DNA of 64,000 nt from an uncultured Gammaproteobacteria bacterium (GCA_964416445.1 CAYQEE010000005.1:52060-116059), one strand, 5' to 3'. Positions 19,539-30,541 are shown, counted from the first letter of the stretch. Notes: generated by a model not told the origin, from the sequence alone. Translations and numbers: made by a program.

Positions 19539-21035
19539 ATGAAAGAAAAAGTAGTGCGGATAAGTATTCTTCTTCTTTTTTTTCTTTTGTTTGTATACAG
19601 AGGATTAGTTTTACTCGATCCTGATTTTGGTTGGCATATCCAAATGGGTAGAATAATTCTGTCAACCGGTATTCCAAAAACCGATCCGTTTTCCTACTCA
19701 ATGCCCAGTTATCCCTTTGTTGATCATGAATGGTTGACCAATGTTTTTATGGCAATTGGATATGAAAAAATAAGTATGATTGGTCTCGCAATAATCTTTT
19801 CCTTACTTACAATTATTGCCGTAGCGACTATTACTCGGTGGTTATCTACGCCAGAAACAAAACTATTTTTTGTCTTAAGTATCACGTTACTTTTTCCGTT
19901 TGCAGGTGTACGAACACAAGTTATTACATGGTTTTTCTTTTCTCTTTTTTTAACTATCAGTTTTCAACAGCGTTGGAAGAAATATAAATATATTCTTCCA
20001 TTCCTTATGCTTCTTTGGGTGAATATGCATGGAGGATTTGCGATTGGGATTGTTTCTCTCTTTATTATTTTGATTGCCAGGAGTGTTACGGAACGCAAGG
20101 TACAAATTGCTGATGTTATGATCTTTCTTCTCTGTTGTCTTGCAACATTTTTGAATCCCTATGGCCATCGAATCTGGTGGGAGGTATGGATGCAAATGTC
20201 AGATTCCTCACTTCACTGGACAATAAGTGAATGGTTGCCCGTTTTCGTAACACCAATAGATATTGGACTCCTTTTCTTTTTTGCTTTTTCACTTGCTCAA
20301 ATGGTTATTACGGGGAAAAAATACACAATGGATGAGTTACTTCTCTATGGAGGTTTACTTATTGCCGGGTTGTCCAGTATTCGGCAAATTCCCCTTTGGA
20401 TACTTGTTGCTAATATCTTGTTACTGAAAAGTTATTCTGTACTACAACAGGAAGCAAGTCGTTATCGTTACGGAGCACAACGATTCCAGCAATTATCACG
20501 TATTCTTGGCATCATGATACTTTCTGTAACTATTTTGCAAGTTGTGTTTTCTCTTATTAATATTCAGGGTGCGCTTCAGGATACTATCTACCCGAAGAAA
20601 GCAGTGAAGCTATTACAAACAAAACTTCCGCATGGGAATATATTTTCTATATATAATTGGGGAGGCTATCTTATTTGGCAATTACCTCAGAAGAAAGACT
20701 ATATTGATGGAAGAATGCCTAGTTGGCGGTGGAATGCATCATTACCGCATGAGACAAATTATGCATTTCAAGAGTATCAAAGAATAGGAGATGGAAAAAT
20801 TCCTATACAAGCATTAGTGGCAAAATATGGAATTACGACATTTCTTTTACCTACCGAGAAGAAAACACAGAAAAGAATAAGTTATTTTGCTTCGATAGTC
20901 AATAATTTGGATCAACTTTTTTCAGCAAATAAACAGAAGCATGCATACAATTTACAAAAAACACTTCTTATGGATGGGTTTACAAAGATTTATACTGACT
21001 CAGTTGCGACCATTTATTCGACAGAAAGACAATAA
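19539..21035 (+). CDS. Polytopic membrane protein, GT-C-like (DPDF loop after TM1)
   Basis: 498 aa. An N-terminal block of about 10 helices, then a ~170-aa C-terminal soluble domain. The first loop carries LDPDFGWH. It starts 7 nt after the preceding membrane-protein gene, so it is likely in the same operon. Confidence 0.45.
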   Translation: MKEKVVRISILLLFFLLFVYRGLVLLDPDFGWHIQMGRIILSTGIPKTDPFSYSMPSYPFVDHEWLTNVFMAIGYEKISMIGLAIIFSLLTIIAVATITRWLSTPETKLFFVLSITLLFPFAGVRTQVITWFFFSLFLTISFQQRWKKYKYILPFLMLLWVNMHGGFAIGIVSLFIILIARSVTERKVQIADVMIFLLCCLATFLNPYGHRIWWEVWMQMSDSSLHWTISEWLPVFVTPIDIGLLFFFAFSLAQMVITGKKYTMDELLLYGGLLIAGLSSIRQIPLWILVANILLLKSYSVLQQEASRYRYGAQRFQQLSRILGIMILSVTILQVVFSLINIQGALQDTIYPKKAVKLLQTKLPHGNIFSIYNWGGYLIWQLPQKKDYIDGRMPSWRWNASLPHETNYAFQEYQRIGDGKIPIQALVAKYGITTFLLPTEKKTQKRISYFASIVNNLDQLFSANKQKHAYNLQKTLLMDGFTKIYTDSVATIYSTERQ

Positions 21036-21038
21036 TTA

Positions 21039-22868
21039 TTATTTGAGATCTATTTCCCACACTTTACTAGTACTCAGTACATAGACCTTCTTTTGTGGTT
21101 CAAAAACTTGAAAATCTTGTGCAGAATTAATAATTCCTGCTGGATATTGTGCAATGAAATTACCTTTTTTGTCCAATACGACAATTCGTTTATTACCGTT
21201 ATCAAGAATATATACATTGGGGCTATCTATTGATGTGTATATGCGTGTTGGATTTGAAAGGGGTTTATCAATGCCTTTTATGGTAAAGGTATCAGCAATT
21301 CCCCGGGTATACTTTGCGATGGAACCATCACTCGATATGATCCAAATAGATCCATCAATAGCAATACCATTTGCTTTGGATACGTCGGGAGCATTTCCAG
21401 GAAAATAATGAGATTTGCTAAATCCATTTCCTGTTGGTACATATTTAAGGATTCCACCACTTCTATCTAATACATAAAAATTGCCTAAATAGGTTGCTAA
21501 ACCTCCAACATCTTTCCAGTCGGAATTGTTCGTTATTATCGCTGTTGTCTTTGCGGTTGATTTATCAATAGACGTTATTCCTGTAGCATCTACAAGGTAG
21601 ATTGCCTTTGTGTCCTCAGTTGCATATTTTGCATTTGCATGCTGCATAAGTGCGGAAAGTACCGGGCTATTTGATGCATCAGTTTGTTTTGCGTCTTGAG
21701 GTGCAGTCTGTGCAATTTGCGATAATGCCGTATCTATTTTCTGCATGAGCGTTGTTGTTTCTAGGCTCTCTTTTGAATCAGCAGGAAATTTACCAACTGC
21801 GGGCGTAAGAAGATTTTTCGCGCTTTGGTAATCTTCCATAGCTAAATTTTGGTTGAGAGACATGAGGCTTTGTGCTTCATCATATTTTTTTTGAGCAGGT
21901 ACGACAGTCTGAGTAAAAAGTTTTTGATCTGCGACTTGTTTTTGTTTTCGTGTTGAAAAAAAGATACTCCCAATAAGTACAACAATTAGAATGACGACGA
22001 TGGTAATAAAAAGTTTTCTTGCATGTGAAAAATGGAATGATGAAAATTTTCTTTTCTTTGGTTCCTCAATCGTAGCATCTTCAATAGCAAGTTCAGCATT
22101 TTTTTCATTGGGTTTTATATCTTGATTTTCTGGGATAACTTCAGGTTCATTTTGTGAAACATGTGGGTGAGAATGTAGTTTCTCCTCTTTAGGTGGTTCT
22201 GGCATTGCAAAAGAATCTGACGCAATAGTTTTTTCTCCATGCTGCGTTGTTGCTACTGAATTGTCTTCAGAGTATGAAAATGCAATAGCAGCAGCACCAC
22301 CCATCTGGCTTTCATGAACAAGGGGAGATAATTTATCTGCCATTTCTGATATTTTATCTTTATGTAAATACGGAGAAATGGTGTCAACAGGTACTGTTTC
22401 AGTAAATTTCTGTGTTTCAAGAAGAATAACATCCCCATCTTCAATGAAACCAGAACCTGCAATTAAATTTTTTTGTTCTGTTTGTTCAAGCAAAACACCT
22501 ATCTTATCTTTGCGTTTCATAACAATTTTACCTGGTCCATACTGATAAAGATATAAAATATTTTCTATAATGACTGCTACTCCAAATGAGAGCAAAATAT
22601 CTTGGGGTACTTTCTCAATAGTCGTCGAGATAGCTTGTTTTATTGTGGTGAGATTTTTTGTTTCTAACGTAAAATATTCAGCTTCAAGCGTATTGATCAG
22701 ATCTTTTCCCAAAATGGGAAGAGATATTTCTGTTATTTCTTGTGTTCCGTTTTGAGAAGATTGAGTCAGAGAAATAATAGCAATTAAATTTCCTGCAGTA
22801 TAGCCTTGTGTCCATGCATGGAGAGTTGGAGTAGAAATAATTTTTGCAAATCGTAAAGGTGTTTTCAT
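21039..22868 (-). CDS. Hypothetical bitopic protein with a C-terminal beta-propeller-like (NHL/YVTN-like) domain
   Basis: 609 aa. One mid-protein TM (FITIVVILIVVLIGSIFF). The C-terminal half contains repeated motifs of the type YVLD..G, IWIISSDGSIAKY, VYILDNGNKRIVVLDKKGNFIAQY. Confidence 0.4.
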   Translation of the reverse strand: MKTPLRFAKIISTPTLHAWTQGYTAGNLIAIISLTQSSQNGTQEITEISLPILGKDLINTLEAEYFTLETKNLTTIKQAISTTIEKVPQDILLSFGVAVIIENILYLYQYGPGKIVMKRKDKIGVLLEQTEQKNLIAGSGFIEDGDVILLETQKFTETVPVDTISPYLHKDKISEMADKLSPLVHESQMGGAAAIAFSYSEDNSVATTQHGEKTIASDSFAMPEPPKEEKLHSHPHVSQNEPEVIPENQDIKPNEKNAELAIEDATIEEPKKRKFSSFHFSHARKLFITIVVILIVVLIGSIFFSTRKQKQVADQKLFTQTVVPAQKKYDEAQSLMSLNQNLAMEDYQSAKNLLTPAVGKFPADSKESLETTTLMQKIDTALSQIAQTAPQDAKQTDASNSPVLSALMQHANAKYATEDTKAIYLVDATGITSIDKSTAKTTAIITNNSDWKDVGGLATYLGNFYVLDRSGGILKYVPTGNGFSKSHYFPGNAPDVSKANGIAIDGSIWIISSDGSIAKYTRGIADTFTIKGIDKPLSNPTRIYTSIDSPNVYILDNGNKRIVVLDKKGNFIAQYPAGIINSAQDFQVFEPQKKVYVLSTSKVWEIDLK

Positions 22869-23164
22869 ATGTTTGATGTATAGACAAAAATAAAAAGGCC
22901 AATTCCAGCGGTAATAAAGAGAATTGAAATCATTCCGAGTATAGCCGAAGAGGAAGGTTGGGAAACAACTTTATCCATCGAACGTATTTGATTAAGCACC
23001 ACAAAGTGGAAGATAATAAATCCGATTATCAATAATAAGATAACCCATTTATAAAAAAAGGATGGTTGTAAGTTTTGTATAAAACTAATGACATCTTGTG
23101 GTGTGAAGTGTATTTGTGGCATATTGTTATTCTTGTATATCGTTACTCTCTTTCTTTTTACCAA
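22865..23164 (-). CDS. Small membrane protein
   Basis: 99-aa ORF with two hydrophobic helices. Overlaps both neighbours by 4 nt and 38 nt, suggesting operonic coupling. Confidence 0.35.
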   Translation of the reverse strand: MVKRKRVTIYKNNNMPQIHFTPQDVISFIQNLQPSFFYKWVILLLIIGFIIFHFVVLNQIRSMDKVVSQPSSSAILGMISILFITAGIGLFIFVYTSNI

Positions 23165-23978
23165 TCAAGCTCTCAACTATTTGAACAACCAACTCTGGAT
23201 TTGGAACGGCGTCAGCAACAAAATTTAATTCTGTACCAGCTGTTTGGATGATAACGTCTCCATAATTAAATATCGTCGGAATCGTACCTGTTTGTTTAAA
23301 GTCAACATCCTGAACTTTTGATACTTCTGTTGCTGATACCTTTTTACTAACTAGATCTTGTAAATAGATATCGAGCACATGCTTGGTCGTTATAATACTT
23401 ATATTATAATACCAATCGATGAAGTTCACAAAAGCATTTGTTAATACTAACAAATAATAGAGGATAAACACAATTTGCATGAGTCTTGTCGGTAAAAATC
23501 CAATGGAATAATTGATGGTGTTCAGGAGAATAAAGGTAAGAGGAGGCAAAATTAATAAGACTATGGTAAAGAAAATCCATGGAGAATTGGTAATAAAATG
23601 ACGCCTAAGAAATAATAAGATATGTTCATCTGGTTCTTGTGTATCGAAATAAACGCTTTTAGGATTTTCCCAAAAAGAGCTAAATAAGGGGAGTATGCCG
23701 TTCCTTCGCTCCGTTTCGTCATCTGCGATTAATGATTTTTCTTGTAATGGATTTGTGGTCTCGCTTGAATCATACGGTGGCTCTCTTGGTGGTTGAGATG
23801 ATGGAGGTGTAATTGACTGTATAGAAGGTGGTGTGGAAGAGGGTGTTTCGTTAGGTTGGGAGTTTTGCAAGGACTGAGTTACTTCTGGTTGTTGAGGTGA
23901 GGAAGGAACAACAGTATTATTAGCAGGAATTCTGCTTCGTACTGGTTTTTCATCAGGTGCGATAAAAAGATCTGGCAT
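23127..23978 (-). CDS. Membrane protein with a Pro/Ser-rich N-terminus, bacterial PH-domain (YdbS/YdbT-like) candidate
   Basis: 283 aa. An N-terminal ~90-aa P/S/T/Q-rich disordered region. Then two TM helices (WIFFTIVLLILPPLTFILL and IVFILYYLLVLTNAFVNFI). Then a ~100-aa C-terminal domain. Confidence 0.35.
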   Translation of the reverse strand: MPDLFIAPDEKPVRSRIPANNTVVPSSPQQPEVTQSLQNSQPNETPSSTPPSIQSITPPSSQPPREPPYDSSETTNPLQEKSLIADDETERRNGILPLFSSFWENPKSVYFDTQEPDEHILLFLRRHFITNSPWIFFTIVLLILPPLTFILLNTINYSIGFLPTRLMQIVFILYYLLVLTNAFVNFIDWYYNISIITTKHVLDIYLQDLVSKKVSATEVSKVQDVDFKQTGTIPTIFNYGDVIIQTAGTELNFVADAVPNPELVVQIVESLIGKKKESNDIQE

Positions 23979-23992
23979 ACGTATTCAGCTTC

Positions 23993-25744
23993 TTATTGCT
24001 GAACTATATTATACAACGGACCGACAATTTGTATATTAGCAGGTGCTCGTAAGTCAAAAAAGCTTTTAAAACTGCTTCCATCGATACTTTGTGAACCCCC
24101 ATCACCGTTAATACTTACGGAAGTAACTTTACCCGATCCTTGATCCCAGTTGACGGACATGCTGCTGACTGAGTTGTAGGCTGAGATATTTCTATTCTGT
24201 AGTTCCTGTCTCACTCTGCTTGCATCCCAGGTATCAACTCCATCGGGATTTGGTTTGTCAGGTTGAGATAAATGAGAAATTGTACTTGAATCAGCTTTTG
24301 CAAGGAGTATAACGTTAACGATATCAGCAACTTCAGAAGATTGCAGCCAAGCAGTACCATTATATTGACTTCGAGATCCCCAGTCACATTCAAACCACGG
24401 CGAATCTTTGTCATAGGCGTAGTTTGCCAAGTCAGAAAAGCTAGAAACACTTTGCGAAGTATCTTGCATACCTTTCGTGTAAGGAGTGCTATCCCACCCA
24501 ATATCGCCTGAACTAAATTCATATCCGCCGAAAGTCGAAGAAAACCATGCTTTAATTGGTTGTCCATTATTTGTCATAACAATTCCTTTCGTCGCGTTTA
24601 CTGCGTCAATCCAGGCTTGGCTATTTAATTCAGTTTTTACTTCCTGACAATGTTGGTCTGAGCAAATAGCATTCGCACCATTGTTTGTTGTAGCCATTGC
24701 ATATGATCGGGCTGCGATCGCTTGTGACTTCAGTGCTTCTGCAGGCCAATTTGTTGGCATTTCATAAATATGCTGTACATACGTTTCAAGATCCCAGTTT
24801 GTATTAAATGATTCTCCATAATCATTCGTGCCGGTAACATGGATTGTTGGGTTACCCATGGAAGTTAACTGAATGTTTTGGTAATAGGCGTTGAGAATTT
24901 GTGTATAACTTTGTCCAGCGCTTGCTCTACCTTTCGCTCCATATTGATTCATCCCAACTCTGTTAGGAACTCCGAAGGTAAAGAAACCAAACCGAGGACT
25001 AAAGCCGGGATTTTTCCCATTCGTAAGGTCGCTCGAACAGCCTCCACCAATACCTCCATATGCTGTCTGAGGAATTCCTAAACTAGCATACTTTTGTGCT
25101 AACAATTGCTGTTGTTGCGAAGTTAACGAAGCTATTTGTGAGCTCAGACTTGCTTGATAGGCTTTGGCGCCAGCTATAACTTTGTTCAGTTTTGTTGTTT
25201 GATCGTCTAGGTTTGATTGGACTGTTGCAAGTCTGTTCTTTTCGGATTCTAATGCCTGCTTTTTATTTTCTAGATCAATAACTGATAACGCTATGTTTGT
25301 AATAATTGCTTTATCTTGATCTTCTGATGCTTTTTGATATGCTAATACATTTGTTAAATCTTGCGCAGAGGAAGCTGAGAGAAGTTCGAAAATAGGACTT
25401 GAGGATGAACTTTTAATATAATAATCTCGAATTTTTGCATGAATAATTGTCTCTTTCTGTGCAATATTTTGGTAACTGTCATTAATATTTTTTGTTTTTA
25501 GTTCAATATCTTGTTTGATACCGACAATCTCATTCTTAATCTGTGCAATTTGCTGTTGCATGCTGGTTACTTCAGATTCAAGTGGCGTTGTTGCTTTAAT
25601 GGACATGTTTAAAGCAGTATTTAATGTATTAATTTGATTAGTAATATCATCGAGTTGATCGGAATATGATTTAACGGGATGAACGAGTAAATTAAGAGCA
25701 ATAAGAATAATGACAATAAAAAGAATACTCAGGAGTTTTTGCAT
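23993..25744 (-). CDS. SpoIID/LytB-domain protein with an N-terminal coiled-coil
   Basis: N-terminal TM, then a long heptad-rich region. The C-terminal part carries ..NQYGAKGRASAGQSYTQILNAYY.. and LKSQAIAARSYAMATT..CSDQHCQEV, the SpoIID/LytB signature. The start was moved to MQKLLS. Confidence 0.7.
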   Translation of the reverse strand: MQKLLSILFIVIILIALNLLVHPVKSYSDQLDDITNQINTLNTALNMSIKATTPLESEVTSMQQQIAQIKNEIVGIKQDIELKTKNINDSYQNIAQKETIIHAKIRDYYIKSSSSSPIFELLSASSAQDLTNVLAYQKASEDQDKAIITNIALSVIDLENKKQALESEKNRLATVQSNLDDQTTKLNKVIAGAKAYQASLSSQIASLTSQQQQLLAQKYASLGIPQTAYGGIGGGCSSDLTNGKNPGFSPRFGFFTFGVPNRVGMNQYGAKGRASAGQSYTQILNAYYQNIQLTSMGNPTIHVTGTNDYGESFNTNWDLETYVQHIYEMPTNWPAEALKSQAIAARSYAMATTNNGANAICSDQHCQEVKTELNSQAWIDAVNATKGIVMTNNGQPIKAWFSSTFGGYEFSSGDIGWDSTPYTKGMQDTSQSVSSFSDLANYAYDKDSPWFECDWGSRSQYNGTAWLQSSEVADIVNVILLAKADSSTISHLSQPDKPNPDGVDTWDASRVRQELQNRNISAYNSVSSMSVNWDQGSGKVTSVSINGDGGSQSIDGSSFKSFFDLRAPANIQIVGPLYNIVQQ

Positions 25745-25834
25745 AGTCATTTGATTATAACAAAGTTTTCTGAGAATGATGGAAGCCAAAGAATTGCAGT
25801 TGCTAATGGTGTCATTTTTGTTTATAGTAAAGGA

Positions 25835-26176
25835 ATGATAGAAACCGCCTTAGCAATTCTTGTTATTCTCTTTGTATTAGGATATGTTAGTATTCCAGGT
25901 GTTACCATTCCAAATTATCATATTTATACCTTCAATAATCACCAAATTACGTTCTATGAAATTCTTATTTTCTTTGTTATTTTTTGGCTTTTGAAACTAT
26001 TACCACGATATTTACGAATTGTTGCAGGAGCACTGTTAATTATTTGGATTATTTCGACTTTAGGATTTATTGCAATTAAAGGATTACCTCTTATTATCAT
26101 TGCTGCATTAATTTTGGTAACGTTATCACATCGGTCATTTCATTATTATCATCGATATCGAAGAAGATATTATTAA
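25835..26176 (+). CDS. Small membrane protein
   Basis: 113 aa from MIETALAIL. Three hydrophobic helices and a basic C-terminus (HRYRRRYY). Confidence 0.35.
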   Translation: MIETALAILVILFVLGYVSIPGVTIPNYHIYTFNNHQITFYEILIFFVIFWLLKLLPRYLRIVAGALLIIWIISTLGFIAIKGLPLIIIAALILVTLSHRSFHYYHRYRRRYY

Positions 26177-26228
26177 ATTCTTCATTTTCAGCCTTGATCA
26201 AACTGCTTTGATTGTGTAGGATAGAAAC

Positions 26229-27230
26229 ATGTTAATCGATGTTCTTGTAGTAGGAGATGCATTAATTGATTTTTTCTTAACATTAGATCCTACCAATGAA
26301 CATTGTCGACCTGAACCCGCACAATCAGAAATTTGCTTTGTAAGTGGTGCCAAAATTCCAATTGAAGATTGTGAATTTTTACTAGGAGGCAATGCGTGTA
26401 ATGTTTCTGTAGGATTGGCTCGATTAGGACTGCGCAGCGCGCTTGCAGCTGAAATTGGAGTTGATGAATTTGGGCAAAAGATCATTGCGGGGTTAAAACA
26501 AGAAAATGTCGATTTGTCATTTCTTCTTCGTGCGTTAAATCAACAAACATCTTTTGCTATCGATTTAACATTTATGAATGATCGAACAATATTTTCAAGA
26601 CACGTTAAACGTGATCATGTTATTCCTATTGAAAATGCCAATGCAAAATATATTTATCTCACCTCGTTAGGAGATGAATGGAAAAATTTGTATCGTCGAG
26701 TTCGAGATTATAGTAAGGCGAATAATATCAAACTTGCATTCAATCCGGGGAGTAAGCAACTGCAAGCCGGGCTAGAAAGCTTTCAATATATTTTGGAAAA
26801 TACGGAAATCCTCTTTATTAATAAAGAAGAAGCAGAAGATATTGTGTATGGTCATGATCAAAATATTTCTGATGCAATGCGGGAACCAACAAATTTGTTG
26901 AGAGAAGTGAAAAAAAAAGGACCGCATTTTGTCAGTATGACTGATGGAACCTTTGGTGCATATGCTATCGATGATCAAGGAAATACTTATTTTCAACCAA
27001 CTCTTCCATCACATTTTCTACAAAAAACAGGTGTTGGTGATGCTTATGCAAGTGGTTTTCTTGCAGCAAGAGTTGAAGAAAAGAGTATACAAGAAGCCAT
27101 GCTTTGGGGAGCGCTTAATAGTTCCTCTGTTGTTGAACACAAAGGTGCCCAGGGTGGGTTATTGACAAAAAATGGGTTACTCGAGAGAATGGAACAGAAC
27201 AAATCCGAGAGTAGAGATCAACGAATATGA
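26229..27230 (+). CDS. PfkB-family carbohydrate/nucleoside kinase (ribokinase-like)
   Basis: N-terminal VVGDALIDF and GGNACNVSVGLARLG. A C-terminal anion-hole motif KTGVGDAYASGFLAA (cf. DTxGAGD). Confidence 0.8.
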   Translation: MLIDVLVVGDALIDFFLTLDPTNEHCRPEPAQSEICFVSGAKIPIEDCEFLLGGNACNVSVGLARLGLRSALAAEIGVDEFGQKIIAGLKQENVDLSFLLRALNQQTSFAIDLTFMNDRTIFSRHVKRDHVIPIENANAKYIYLTSLGDEWKNLYRRVRDYSKANNIKLAFNPGSKQLQAGLESFQYILENTEILFINKEEAEDIVYGHDQNISDAMREPTNLLREVKKKGPHFVSMTDGTFGAYAIDDQGNTYFQPTLPSHFLQKTGVGDAYASGFLAARVEEKSIQEAMLWGALNSSSVVEHKGAQGGLLTKNGLLERMEQNKSESRDQRI

Positions 27231-27730
27231 AAATATATTTAGCAACCGATCATGCAGGGTACGAATTAAAAGAAAAGATAAAAAAACATTTACAGAAAAA
27301 GAACTATTCAGTTGAAGATTGCGGAGCTCATACTTTGAATAATGACGATGATTATCCTGATTTTATTTCTAAAGCAGCAAAAGCAGTCTCTCAAAATCCT
27401 CAAGATCGAGCAATTATTCTCGGTGGATCAGGACAAGGAGAAGCGATTCTTGCCAATAAGTATCCACAAGTGCGCGCCGTTGTCTTTTATGGTCCGTGTC
27501 TTCCAAAATCAGCAGTAGATAATCAAGGAAGAAAGAGTGATGATCCTTATGAAATGATCCGATTAACGCGTGAGCATAATGACGCAAATGTTCTCTCTTT
27601 AGCAGCACGATTATTAACAGAAAAAGAAGCACTAGAAGCAATCGATTTATGGCTTTCTATTTCATTTTCTGGTAATTCTCGGTATTTACGCCGAATTAAT
27701 AAGACCTTAGCAATTGAGAAAGCATTATGA
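27227..27730 (+). CDS. rpiB: Ribose-5-phosphate isomerase B (RpiB/LacAB family)
   Basis: MKIYLATDHAGYELKEKI...GGSGQGEAILANK is the RpiB pattern. Its start overlaps the kinase stop. Confidence 0.8.
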   Translation: MKIYLATDHAGYELKEKIKKHLQKKNYSVEDCGAHTLNNDDDYPDFISKAAKAVSQNPQDRAIILGGSGQGEAILANKYPQVRAVVFYGPCLPKSAVDNQGRKSDDPYEMIRLTREHNDANVLSLAARLLTEKEALEAIDLWLSISFSGNSRYLRRINKTLAIEKAL

Positions 27731-28413
27731 ATTCATTATTTCCTAATAAATTAGCACATGAAATTATTCCTGGGATTTTAGAAAAGGATTGGGATGCGAT
27801 TGAAAAAAAAATAGAGATAGTAAAACCATTTGCCAAAAAAATTCATATTGATCTTCTTGATGGTAAATTTGCGCCAAATGAGACATTCTTTGATCCTCAA
27901 CCGTTTAAAAAATATTCAAATGACATTTTTTTTGAATTACATATGATGGTTGATAATCCTATTCAATATTTACAACAATGGGCTGATGCAGGGATAAAAC
28001 GATTTATTGGACAAATTGAACGAATGCCGAGTATGGAGGAGTTTATTGCGGAAGGTCAATTGCTTGGGGAAGTAGGACTTGCGCTGGATACCCCTACCTC
28101 ACCAGATGCGATTACGGTAAATATTGATGATTTAGATTTTGTCTTTGTTATGACCGTTAAAGCCGGCTTTTCCAGGCAATCTTTTATGCCAGAAATGCTT
28201 GAAAAAGTAAAGTTGTTACGAAATCGTTCTCAATTTATTCCTCTTGAAGTTGATGGAGGGATTAATGATCAAACATTACCGCAAGCAATGGACGCTGGCG
28301 CTACACGGTTTGTCAGTACCGGCTTTATTTTTGGATCTGAACATCCTCATCTACAATATGAAACCTTGAAGGGACTTATTCATTCAGGTGCTAGTGCGTC
28401 CCTGTCAACGTAG
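27727..28413 (+). CDS. rpe: Ribulose-phosphate 3-epimerase
   Basis: IHIDLLDGKFAPNETF..ELHMMVDNP..EVDGGIN matches Rpe metal- and phosphate-binding motifs. Its start overlaps the rpiB stop. Confidence 0.8.
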   Translation: MNSLFPNKLAHEIIPGILEKDWDAIEKKIEIVKPFAKKIHIDLLDGKFAPNETFFDPQPFKKYSNDIFFELHMMVDNPIQYLQQWADAGIKRFIGQIERMPSMEEFIAEGQLLGEVGLALDTPTSPDAITVNIDDLDFVFVMTVKAGFSRQSFMPEMLEKVKLLRNRSQFIPLEVDGGINDQTLPQAMDAGATRFVSTGFIFGSEHPHLQYETLKGLIHSGASASLST

Positions 28414-30541
28414 GAGATCCTTGATAGAATGAGCAATTTGCGGTATTTTCTGTTCCACGTATAAAATATTCATCCTTCCCAAAACAAGATCGTATTATGA
28501 CATCATCAGGCATGGGGGGTTTACTATCTGGTTGATTTTGTAATAAATTAACCATAATAGTATGCCAGATCGGTGCTGCACCGGTAATTCCTGATGCCAA
28601 TGAGGGACTCATAGGAGAATTGTCATTGTTGCCTACCCATACAGTAGTAAGTAAATTATTAGTATAGCCAATAGTCCAATTGTCTCTTTTATCGTCGGAT
28701 GTTCCCGTTTTTACTGATACCGTATGACCTGGAATCACAAGAGGAGAATTTGGTCCAAACTCAAGACTTCGTGCATTATTATCTGCCAGAATATTTGAAA
28801 TGATAAATTCGATACCTGGATCAATTATTTGAGTGCTTTTGGGGGTAGTTTTTTCTTCAAGTATGGCTCCTGAGTTGTCAGTGATTTTGAGAATTGGATT
28901 GAGGTCAACTCGATTTCCTTCATTTGCTGCCACTCCATAGAGAGTTGCCATATCAAGCATGGTTGTATCCATTCCCCCCAGGGTTATCGACAAACCATAT
29001 TCTCCATTAGGGTCAAAAGTATCGATCCCCATGCGTTTTGCTAAATCGAGAAATGTGGGTACTCCTATCATATTGAGGGTTTTTACTGCAGGAATATTAA
29101 ATGAATTTGCAAATGCTATCCGAAGAGGTACTCTCCCATGAAATTTGCTATCATAATTAACTGGAGCATATACTCCTGAACCTGAAGGAAAACTAATAGG
29201 GGAATCATCAATAATTGTCGCTGCAGTCATACCATGCTGTAATGCCGCGCTATATGTTACTAATTTCATTGTGGATCCTGGTTGTCGAAGTGATGTCGTA
29301 AGATTCACATTTCCGTCTTTTGGGTCATTATAATCATGACTTCCAACCATTGCTAAAATATCCCCGTTTTGTGGGTTGGTAACGAGTACTGCACCATTGG
29401 TAAGATTTAAATACGTATCATGATTCACCTCATCTGTTACTACTGATTGAGCCATATTTTGCGTTTTTAAATCAAGCGAAGTAACGACATGAAGACCACC
29501 TTTCTCAACGATGAGTGCTCCATATTTTTTTTCTAATAAATCCTTAATATACATGACGAAATGAGGAGCGAGAATTGGTGTTTGTTGTACCTGAAAGGTT
29601 AATTGTTCTGCATCAGCTTCCTTTTTTTGCTCTTTCGTAATATATCCAAGATCTTGCATTCTTTGGAGAACTTCTTCTTGTCGCGTTTTCCATAAGTGTG
29701 GATAAAGACCGTAGGGCGAATAAGTCGTTGGAGCTTGAGGCATACCTGCTAAGAAGGCTGCCTGTGCAAGATCTATATCTTGTACATCTTTTCCAAAATA
29801 GGTTTGTGATGCAGCTTCAACTCCCCAAGCCGTACCTCCATAAGGAACGTAATTGAAATACATAGTAAGAATTTGATTTTTGGAATAGATTTGTTCTGAC
29901 CAGAAAGCAAGTACTGCTTCTTGAAGTTTTCTCATGAGACTTACCTGAGGCGTTAGTAAGGTTGACTTAATGAGCTGTTGAGTAATGGTTGAACCTCCTT
30001 GGAAATTATGGGTAGTAAAATCCGCAATTGCTGCTCGGATAATTGCTTGAATATCAAATCCTGGATTTTTATAAAAGTTTTTATCTTCGATTGCGATAGT
30101 TGCTTGTTGAAGCGTAAGTGGGATATCTGATAACGAAACGAGTGTACGGTTTTGATTTGCGTAAATTGAATAGAGAAGCGTATTATTTCTATCATAAATT
30201 TTTGTGGTTTGGGGAACAAAATTTTGTGATAGCTGGTTTAAATTAGGTAAAGATTCAACAAACACGACTGCAAGTATGGGGAAAAAAATGAAAATTGCTG
30301 AAAAAATACAACCAATAATAAAATATTTTAACTTGGTAAAGACAGAAAGTGAAAAGACAAGCAATCCTTGATTTCTTTTTTTTACTCGTTTTGTTCGTTT
30401 TTTACGAATAAAAGGTTTTTTAAATACGAAGAAAGCTTTTCGGAACAATGAGACAGATAGCGAAACGAGTAATAAGGCCGCTGTTCCAATATAACTAATT
30501 TGTATTAATATAAAAAAGAACGCTTTTTGAAGTAAGCGCAT
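28391..30541 (-). CDS. Class A penicillin-binding protein (bifunctional transglycosylase/transpeptidase, PBP1A-like)
   Basis: N-terminal TM. GT51 motifs IEDKNFYKNPGFD and GGSTITQQL. Transpeptidase motifs GSTMK (SxxK) and KTG(T). 716 aa. Confidence 0.9.
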   Translation of the reverse strand: MRLLQKAFFFILIQISYIGTAALLLVSLSVSLFRKAFFVFKKPFIRKKRTKRVKKRNQGLLVFSLSVFTKLKYFIIGCIFSAIFIFFPILAVVFVESLPNLNQLSQNFVPQTTKIYDRNNTLLYSIYANQNRTLVSLSDIPLTLQQATIAIEDKNFYKNPGFDIQAIIRAAIADFTTHNFQGGSTITQQLIKSTLLTPQVSLMRKLQEAVLAFWSEQIYSKNQILTMYFNYVPYGGTAWGVEAASQTYFGKDVQDIDLAQAAFLAGMPQAPTTYSPYGLYPHLWKTRQEEVLQRMQDLGYITKEQKKEADAEQLTFQVQQTPILAPHFVMYIKDLLEKKYGALIVEKGGLHVVTSLDLKTQNMAQSVVTDEVNHDTYLNLTNGAVLVTNPQNGDILAMVGSHDYNDPKDGNVNLTTSLRQPGSTMKLVTYSAALQHGMTAATIIDDSPISFPSGSGVYAPVNYDSKFHGRVPLRIAFANSFNIPAVKTLNMIGVPTFLDLAKRMGIDTFDPNGEYGLSITLGGMDTTMLDMATLYGVAANEGNRVDLNPILKITDNSGAILEEKTTPKSTQIIDPGIEFIISNILADNNARSLEFGPNSPLVIPGHTVSVKTGTSDDKRDNWTIGYTNNLLTTVWVGNNDNSPMSPSLASGITGAAPIWHTIMVNLLQNQPDSKPPMPDDVIIRSCFGKDEYFIRGTENTANCSFYQGSPTLTGTH